DNA from: Anaeromyxobacter sp.
GTDB lineage: Bacteria > Myxococcota > Myxococcia > Myxococcales > Anaeromyxobacteraceae
Assembly (NCBI GenBank): GCA_049840735.1
Contig: JASGJN010000017.1
Location: 1 to 64,000 of the forward strand
Length of the DNA stretch: 64,000 nucleotides
Direction of reading: 5' to 3'
Position 1 is the first letter of the stretch; each line of letters opens with the position of its first letter. Below, one piece after another: positions 57,603 through 64,000 of this stretch. The position numbers and the translations under genes are program-made. Below the pieces are notes generated by a model that was not told the DNA's origin, did no database searches, and worked only from the letters and a program-made list of their open reading frames with translations.

Positions 57603-58320
57603 TCGGACGTACCGGGTGGGCGAGGGGAAGGGCTGGATCCAAGGCCTGGATGTGGCTGGAAGCCGCCGGAGTCGCCCCGGTCTCTGCCTCGGCCAACCCC
57701 CATTCCGCCACCCAACCCCGCGCGGCCTGAGCCTGTCGAAGGCCGTGGTCCCGATCGCCGTTAAGCTCACGACGATGACCGCTCCTCAGGTCCGCTCCGT
57801 CCCCGCCCCGCTCGACGGCTTCGCCGCGAACGCGCTCTCGCGCCTCGACTTCTCCGACGCGTACGCCGTCGAGCTGCCGCCCGGGGTCGATGCTTCCGCG
57901 CTGGCCGCCGCCGTGTTCGCCTCAGCGCCGCCCTGGGTCGTCGCGCTCATGGCCGTCCGCCACATGGTGGTCGCGCCGCTCGGCCTCATCGCCACCCCGG
58001 GCGCGCTCCGGCGCGCCGCCGTTGCCCAGAACCTGGCTGGCGAGCTCGTCGGCGCCTTCCCCGTCCTGGCTCGCTCCACCGGCGAGGTCCTCCTCGGCCT
58101 CGACGACCGCCACCTCGATTTCCGCGTCTCGGTCCGCGTGGTCGCCCAGGCCGGCCAGCCGCCCCTGGGCGTCGTGGCCACCTACGTCCGGCTCAACCGC
58201 TGGCTGGGGAGCGCCTACTTCGCCGCGGTGAAGCCGTTCCACCGGGTCATCGTCCCAGCGATGCTCCGGCGCGCGGCGCGGCGGCTGGCCCTGACGAGGT
58301 GATATCGATCTCGGCGGGGT
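57603..58320 (+). repeat. Copy 2 of the dif-anchored direct repeat
   Basis: Starts with TCGGACGT (outer part of the dif XerC arm); rest of dif absent. Confidence 0.85.
57775..58302 (+). CDS. DUF2867-like protein (intact copy)
   Basis: DFSDAY, PPWVVALMAVR, FPVL, LGLDDRHLDFRVS, LGSAYFAAVKPFHRVIV. Confidence 0.85.
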   Translation: MTAPQVRSVPAPLDGFAANALSRLDFSDAYAVELPPGVDASALAAAVFASAPPWVVALMAVRHMVVAPLGLIATPGALRRAAVAQNLAGELVGAFPVLARSTGEVLLGLDDRHLDFRVSVRVVAQAGQPPLGVVATYVRLNRWLGSAYFAAVKPFHRVIVPAMLRRAARRLALTR

Positions 58321-58602
58321 GAGTCGCGCAGCCGGCAGGTTCGCACGCGTCACTGGTAGTCACGAAGAGCGAAACCCGTGCTGTGGCGAAGGTCACGTCG
58401 GAAGCTAGACGGCGCGTCATGCGCGGATTTCCCGGAGCTGACCTGCGCCGCGCAAGCACGCTTCGCGAGCGAGCACGTCGCGGGCCCTGCTCGGCGGGCT
58501 TCGCAGGGAGCGCCTGCTCCTGAAGGGCCTTGAGCCTTGCCCTGCCGGGGTCTTCGCACGCTACGTCGTGCGCCAGGTGCTCACCGGCCCAATACCTCGC
58601 CC

Positions 58603-60168
58603 ATGGAGGAGTCCCAGGCGCCACTCGCTGGCCCCGATCTCACGCAGGGTTGCGCCGAGTCCGACATCCCGGACGATGGCTCGCTGCTGGGGCATGCGCA
58701 TGGGGAGGCTGTCCTCCTCGTCCGGCATCGGGGCGAGGTGCATGCGGTCAGCACTACCTGCACTCACTACGGTGGGCCGCTCGCCGAAGGGCTCGTGACC
58801 GACGGGCAGGTGCGCTGCCCGTGGCATCACGCCTGCTTCGACCTGCGGACGGGAGAAGCCGTCGGGCCGCCAGCCCTGAACCCGCTGCGCCGCTGGGCGG
58901 TGGAGCGCCGCGAGGCGCGTTGCTTCGTCGGCCCCCCGCTCCCGCCGAGCCCCTCCAGGACTTCCTCCAGCGCGCTCGAGAGCGTCCTCATCGTGGGCGC
59001 AGGCGCGGCGGGTAACGCCGCGGCCGAGACGCTTCGGCGTGAGGGGTATCGCGGGCCGGTGACCCTGATCGGCGCCGAGCCGAACGTGCCGGTGGACCGG
59101 CCCAACCTCTCCAAGGACTACCTGGCCGGCACGGCGCCAGAGGAGTGGGTTCCGCTGCGAGGAGCCGAGTTCTACGCGTCGCTGCAGATCGAACTCCTGC
59201 AGGGCACCCGGGTAATCGGGCTCGATCCAGGTGGCCGGCGCGTCCGGTTCGCCGACGGTTCCAGTCGCAGCTATGGCGCGCTGCTCCTGGCCACCGGCGC
59301 GGAGCCGGTGAAGCTCACGGTGCCAGGCGGGGACGGGCCCCTCGTCCATACCCTGCGCTCGCTCGCCGACAGCCGGGCGATCATCGCCGCCGCCGCCGCG
59401 GGTGCCGGCCGCGCAGTGATCGTCGGCGCGAGCTTCATCGGCATGGAGGTAGCGGCAGCGCTTCGCACCCGGGGGCTGGAGGTGCACGTGGTTGCGCCGG
59501 AGGCGCAGCCGCTGGCGCGCGTCCTGGGGGCGGAGCTGGGCGATCTCGTCCGGACGATCCACGAGGCGCACGGCGTCCACTTTCACCTGGAGCGGACCGT
59601 CGCGATGGCCGGCGACCGCTCCGTGGTCCTGGACGACGGGACGGCGCTCCCCGCCAACATGGTGGTGGCCGGGATCGGCGTCCGGCCCGCGGTGGGCCTG
59701 GCCGAGCAGGCTGGGCTTCGCCTCGACCGCGGCGTCGTCGTCGACGCGTACCTCGAGACGAGCGCGCCGGGCGTGTACGCGGCCGGCGACATCGCGCGCT
59801 GGTCGGACCCGCTGACAGGCAGGACCCTCCGGATCGAGCACTGGGTCGTGGCGGAGCGGCAGGGTCAGGTGGCAGCGCGGAACATCCTGGGCGCGCACGA
59901 GCCGTTCCAGGCCGTGCCGTTCTTCTGGTCCCAGCACTACGACGTGCCCATCAACTACGTCGGACACGCCGAGACCTGGGACCGCGTGGATGTTGCGGGA
60001 AGCATCGCCGAGCTGAGCTGTCTGGTGGCTTACCGGGACGGTGGACGGATCTCCGCGGTGGCCAGCGTCCATCGCGACCGGGAGAGCCTGCAGGCGGAGG
60101 CGCTGCTCGCCCGTGCGGATCAGGCCGGGCTGGAGGCGCTGCTGGCCAGGGCACGCCAGCCTCAATGA
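58603..60168 (+). CDS. Rieske [2Fe-2S] + FAD/NAD(P) oxidoreductase (AIFM3/ferredoxin reductase-like)
   Basis: CTHYGGPL..CPWHHACF; IVGAGAAG, DRPNLSK, LLATG, GASFIGME, AAGD, RIEHW, PFFWSQH. Confidence 0.93.
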   Translation: MEESQAPLAGPDLTQGCAESDIPDDGSLLGHAHGEAVLLVRHRGEVHAVSTTCTHYGGPLAEGLVTDGQVRCPWHHACFDLRTGEAVGPPALNPLRRWAVERREARCFVGPPLPPSPSRTSSSALESVLIVGAGAAGNAAAETLRREGYRGPVTLIGAEPNVPVDRPNLSKDYLAGTAPEEWVPLRGAEFYASLQIELLQGTRVIGLDPGGRRVRFADGSSRSYGALLLATGAEPVKLTVPGGDGPLVHTLRSLADSRAIIAAAAAGAGRAVIVGASFIGMEVAAALRTRGLEVHVVAPEAQPLARVLGAELGDLVRTIHEAHGVHFHLERTVAMAGDRSVVLDDGTALPANMVVAGIGVRPAVGLAEQAGLRLDRGVVVDAYLETSAPGVYAAGDIARWSDPLTGRTLRIEHWVVAERQGQVAARNILGAHEPFQAVPFFWSQHYDVPINYVGHAETWDRVDVAGSIAELSCLVAYRDGGRISAVASVHRDRESLQAEALLARADQAGLEALLARARQPQ

Positions 60169-60169
60169 G

Positions 60170-60562
60170 TCAGGAGTGGCTCGCGGCCGGCTGGTCCCGG
60201 AGGAGCTGCTGGAGGGTCCACCTGTTGCCATCGGGATCTGCGAGCTCGGCGTGGATCGCGCCCCAGGGCTGACGCTCCGGTTCGGTCACCTGGACGCTCC
60301 TCCTTCGCAGCGCCTCGCAGGCCGCCCTGACGTCCGGCACCACGAGCAACAGCGAGTGGAGCGACCCGGGGGCCATGTCGGTGATGCCCTTCCCGACGGC
60401 GATCGAGCAACCCGAGCCCGGCGGTGTCAGCTGCACGAACCTCCGGCCGTCCGGGATGGTTCGATTGATGTCGGCGTGGAAGCCGAGCTTCTCTGTGTAG
60501 AAGGCCTTGGCGCGGTCGACGTCCGCGACGGGAACGGGAACGAGCTCGAGCTTCATGTCCAT
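60170..60562 (-). CDS. VOC/glyoxalase family protein
   Basis: LELVPVPVADVDRAKAFYTEKLGF, VQLTPPGSGCSI, DPDGNRW. Confidence 0.9.
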   Translation of the reverse strand: MDMKLELVPVPVADVDRAKAFYTEKLGFHADINRTIPDGRRFVQLTPPGSGCSIAVGKGITDMAPGSLHSLLLVVPDVRAACEALRRRSVQVTEPERQPWGAIHAELADPDGNRWTLQQLLRDQPAASHS

Positions 60563-60883
60563 AGGTGGCCCAAATCTACGCACCGGGCTGGCGCCCGGTC
60601 ACGACCAAGGCCCTGCCTCGCCGGCAGGCCTGCATGCTCTCCGCTGCTGGGCGGGATGGCGGCGCGGTGCGCGGCGACGGCCCCCTCCCCTTCGCCGATC
60701 GGCGCCGAAGCCAGCACCGCAGCAGCCGCGCGGCCGATCTTCCGCAGCTGATCATCCGGGCGCTCTCCTGCATGGCGGGTGAACCTCGGGGCTCGCGGTC
60801 GCCCCCGACGAGCATTGCGTGCCCGTCCTGCGGCTCGCTAATCGCCGGTGCGCAACACCTGATCACAAGCACGGAGGTACGCC

Positions 60884-61363
60884 ATGGCAGCCGCCAGGAT
60901 CCGGGAGATGTTCGAGAAGGGCACCCGCGCGTTCAACACGCACGACATCGAGGCGATGGGGGAGTTGCTGCACGACGACTGCGAGGTGAACTCGCCGGGC
61001 TTCGAGGTCCAGGGCCAGCAGGCGGTCAAGGCGTTCTACCGCGGCTGGATCGACGCCTTCCCCGACGCACGCGTCGAGGTCGATCGGGTGACGTGCACGG
61101 ACGACCAGGCGATCGAGGAAGGTGTGTTCACGGGTACCCACCGCGGCACGCTCCGCGGGCCAGGCGGGGACATCCCCGCCACCGGCCGCCGGGTGCGCGT
61201 CGCCTACATCCAGATCGCCCGCTACCGGGGCGAAAAGGTGGCCGCGTTCCACCTCATGTTCGATCGGCTCGAGATGCTGGAGCAGCTCGGACTGACTCGC
61301 TCGGAGTCGGAGGCGCCTCGGCAGGCGGCCGACACTGGCCAGGGCGCGGGGCTGGCACACTGA
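60884..61363 (+). CDS. SnoaL-like / ester cyclase (NTF2 fold) protein
   Basis: AFNTHD, AFPD, FTGTHRG..IPATGRRV, FDRLEMLEQLG. Confidence 0.88.
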   Translation: MAAARIREMFEKGTRAFNTHDIEAMGELLHDDCEVNSPGFEVQGQQAVKAFYRGWIDAFPDARVEVDRVTCTDDQAIEEGVFTGTHRGTLRGPGGDIPATGRRVRVAYIQIARYRGEKVAAFHLMFDRLEMLEQLGLTRSESEAPRQAADTGQGAGLAH

Positions 61364-61498
61364 CCACGGGACGTCAGCCGCTCCGGCGGCCATGTCGCCC
61401 GTCACCGGGCGAGAGATTAGGGTTCGGTCAGGACGTCATCCTGGTGGGCCGATAGCCTCACTGCCGTGACGCCGAGGTGCGCACGAGGGAGGTCGCCC

Positions 61499-62182
61499 AT
61501 GGACATGGAGCTTGGTCGGAGCGGTTGCCTGGAGGACGGGAAGGACACCGGCGGGTGGTCCGAGCACCCGCTGCGCGCGCGGTTCAACGCCTGGATCTTC
61601 CGCGCGCTGGACGGCTACGTCCACCGCAAGTACCGGGACATCAAGCGCGAGCTCTTCGGAGGTCTCCCGCACACGGTGCTCGAGCTCGGCGCCGGGGACG
61701 GCGCCAACTTCCGCTACCTCTCGCCCGGGACGCACGTCATCGCCGTGGAGCCGAACCTGCACATGCACGCCAGCCTGCGCGCGGCGGCGGCGCGGAGCGG
61801 GGTCAGCGCGGACGTTCGCGCGGCGTTCGCCGAGCGGCTGCCGCTCCCGGACGCCAGCGTGGACGCGGTGATCTCGAGCCTGGTCCTCTGCTCGGTGACC
61901 GACCCGGGCCGCGCCCTGGCCGAGGTCCGGCGCGTCCTCCGCCCCGGCGGCCGGCTCTGGTGCATCGAGCACGTCGCGGCGCCGGCGAACACCTGGACGG
62001 CGCGCGCCCAGCGGCTCCTGAAGCGCCCCTGGGGCTGGTGCTTCGAAGGCTGCGACACCGGGCGCGACCTGGTCCGCTTCCTCCGGGAGGCCGGCTTCGC
62101 CTCGGTCGAGATCACGCCCTTCACGCTCCGCACCGTCTTCCTGCCCATCCGCTCGCAGATCGCCGCGGTCGCGGTCAGGTGA
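61499..62182 (+). CDS. Class I SAM-dependent methyltransferase
   Basis: VLELGAGDGAN, AVEPN, SVDAVISSLVLCSV, RVLRPGG..IEHV. Confidence 0.9.
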   Translation: MDMELGRSGCLEDGKDTGGWSEHPLRARFNAWIFRALDGYVHRKYRDIKRELFGGLPHTVLELGAGDGANFRYLSPGTHVIAVEPNLHMHASLRAAAARSGVSADVRAAFAERLPLPDASVDAVISSLVLCSVTDPGRALAEVRRVLRPGGRLWCIEHVAAPANTWTARAQRLLKRPWGWCFEGCDTGRDLVRFLREAGFASVEITPFTLRTVFLPIRSQIAAVAVR

Positions 62183-63365
62183 GCGACGCCCCTGGCTGCG
62201 CGACCGCTCGCTCCAGGAGCTGCAGGAGCTCCCGCTCCAGCGTCGGGCGCCCGCCGAACAGGAAGGCGTGGTCGTCCCCCGGGAGCTCCACCAGGCGGGC
62301 CTCCGGGATGGCCGTGGCGAGCCCGCGCCCGTTCCCCACGCGGACCACGTGGTCCTCGGTCGCGTGCAGCACGACCGTCGGTGCAGACACGCGCGGCAGC
62401 AGCGCTCGCACGTCCAGGCCGACGTTCATCTCCAGCAGCTCGAGCGCGGCGCCGGGGCTCGCGCCCGCCTGCTCGGCCCGGGCCGTCCAGGCGCGGAGCG
62501 CGGGGGTGAGGTGGCGGGCCGGGATGACGGCGCGCAGGGTAGCGCCGGTGCCCCAGCCCCGCGCGATGTAGGCGCGCAGCCCGGCGAGCTCCGCCTCGCT
62601 CCAGCCGGCCGGGTGATCCGGCGCGGCCACCATCCGCGCGAAGGCGCCCACCAGGGCCAGGCCTCGCACCCGGTGCGGTCTCGTCACGGCGAAGGTGAGC
62701 GCCAGCGGGCCGCCCTCGGAGAAGCCGACCAGCACCGCCCGCGGCGCCCGCGCAGCGTCGAGGACGACCTCCAGGTCCGCCACCCGCTCGCCGAGCCCAG
62801 GCAGCGCCTTGACGCGGTCGCTCGCCCCCGTGCCGCGCTTGTCGAACAGGATCACCCGGGCGCGCCGCGACAGCGCGCGGACCACGGCCGCGACCCCCGG
62901 CAGCTCGAGCGCCGCGTGCATCCCGAGCGACCAGCCCAGCACCAGGGCCACGTTGAGCGGGCCCTGCCCGACGATCCGGTAGGCCACGTGCACGTCACCG
63001 CAGCGGACGTAGCTGGGCGGCGCGGCCAGCGCTCCCCCGGCCGGCTCCGGCTCCTCCTCGGCGAGCTCGCCCACGAACCGGTAGCCCCGGCGGGCATGGG
63101 TGCGCAGCAGCCCGCGGTCGGCCGGGCGGAGCGCCCGCCGCGCCAGGCTCACCGCGCGCTGCAGCGAGGCGTCGGTCACGACCGCGTCCGGCCAGAGCTC
63201 GCGCAGGAGCTCCTCCTTCGGGACGACGCGCTCGTGGTGGCGGAGCAGATAGGCCAGCACCGCCAGCACCTGGGGCTGGAGCGGCCGCGCCTTCCCGGCC
63301 ACGCGCAGCTCGCGGCGGGCCAGGTCCAGCTCGTACGCTCCGAAGCGCCAGGGCATGGTGGCCAT
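62175..63365 (-). CDS. OmpR-type winged-helix regulator fused to alpha/beta hydrolase
   Basis: RFGAYELD..VVPKEELL..WPD..RRGYRF; FDKRGTGASD, GFSEGG, D..H. Confidence 0.88.
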   Translation of the reverse strand: MATMPWRFGAYELDLARRELRVAGKARPLQPQVLAVLAYLLRHHERVVPKEELLRELWPDAVVTDASLQRAVSLARRALRPADRGLLRTHARRGYRFVGELAEEEPEPAGGALAAPPSYVRCGDVHVAYRIVGQGPLNVALVLGWSLGMHAALELPGVAAVVRALSRRARVILFDKRGTGASDRVKALPGLGERVADLEVVLDAARAPRAVLVGFSEGGPLALTFAVTRPHRVRGLALVGAFARMVAAPDHPAGWSEAELAGLRAYIARGWGTGATLRAVIPARHLTPALRAWTARAEQAGASPGAALELLEMNVGLDVRALLPRVSAPTVVLHATEDHVVRVGNGRGLATAIPEARLVELPGDDHAFLFGGRPTLERELLQLLERAVAQPGASLT

Positions 63366-63612
63366 CTAGCGCCGACGCCTCACGGGCGCCGCCGGCAGGC
63401 GAGGCACCACCCGGGGCAGCTGCCTGGAGACTGGACCGCCTAGCGCACCGGCCCGAGCGCCTTCACCGCAATCGCGTGCATACCGGGAACGGTCCCTCCC
63501 CGGTACGGCCACCCCCTCGCCCACTCACCGTGCTAAGCGTCTTGCAGTCCAGGCGTGGGCTTCGCGCCCTGCTGTCCTTCCTCGCCAGGGCCGATCACCG
63601 GGGGATTCCACC

Positions 63613-64000
63613 ATGGCCAAGACCCACGAGAAGACAGCCGCGCGGCGTCTCCTGCTCGCGCTCGGCGGCGTGGCCGCCGGCTGGCTGGTCTCGCTGCCGT
63701 TCGGTTCGCTCATCATCGCGTTCCTGCTGTCGCCGGTGCGCGCCGCGCTCCCTCCCGGTCACCAGCGCATCGTCTACCTGCATTTGCTCGATCCGCTCAG
63801 CCTGATGGTCGTGAAGGGCCCGCTGTTCGGGGCCGTCCTCCTGGCCACGCCCTGGGTGCTGTGGCAGCTCTGGCAGCTGCTCGCGCCCGTGGAGCACCGG
63901 GGACACCGGGGGCTGGCCCTCCGCGTCGCGGGGGTCGCCACGGCCCTGCTCTACGCCGGCGTCGCGTTCGCCTACTGGATGGTGCTGCCCAACACGCTCC
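63613..64000 (+). CDS. Divergent TatC-like membrane protein, 3'-truncated by the window
   Basis: MAKTHEKTAARRLLLAL..LLSPV..IVYLHLLDP..K..LATPWVLWQLWQLLAP..LLYAGVAFAYWMVLP; not in the supplied ORF track because it has no stop. Confidence 0.7.
   Translation, partial: MAKTHEKTAARRLLLALGGVAAGWLVSLPFGSLIIAFLLSPVRAALPPGHQRIVYLHLLDPLSLMVVKGPLFGAVLLATPWVLWQLWQLLAPVEHRGHRGLALRVAGVATALLYAGVAFAYWMVLPNTL

Noticed and set aside
50892..57766. GTTAGGC/GTTAAGC before the DUF2867-like ATGs as integron attC core sites
   Set aside because: No convincing R''/L''/L' pairing and no integrase; TAGGCT/TAAGCT fit a -10 element for a near-leaderless transcript equally well

Overview
Very GC-rich bacterial chromosomal DNA. 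Gene content points to an Anaeromyxobacter-like member of the Myxococcota (triheme cytochrome c7, myxobacterial-type LexA operator, xerD-S2P-trpS-scpAB-rluB block); this taxonomy is inferred. Bases 1-50.6 kb are mostly core genes: lexA, an ABC1/UbiB kinase, mutS, amidase, glnD, a RimK-family ligase with KGG stress proteins, xerD, trpS, scpAB, rluB, sensor kinases, an ECF sigma module, rtcA, corA, apbC, an MCP, a hbd-crt-acd-acd operon, ribA and a MerR regulator. The chromosome dimer-resolution site dif lies at 50704-50731, and KOPS motifs switch polarity around it, so this is the replication terminus. An accessory island starts right at dif. It is bracketed by a ~0.7 kb imperfect direct repeat that begins at the dif XerC arm. 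Inside it, a TPR/DUF4034-like gene is split by a 3687-bp four-gene Mu/Tn7-like transposon with TGT..ACA ends and a 5-bp CCAAT target duplication. The transposon encodes a Zn-ribbon protein, a DDE transposase, an ExeA-type AAA+ ATPase and a small protein resembling a catalytically dead IS110 RuvC domain with a clamp-binding-like tail. This is the best candidate for an undescribed system. About 18 single-base frameshifts in otherwise intact genes fall at GATC or GGTCTC motifs, so they are probably methylation-linked long-read errors rather than pseudogenes. No rRNA, tRNA or CRISPR array was found. All calls come from reading the sequence by eye; no database searches were run.
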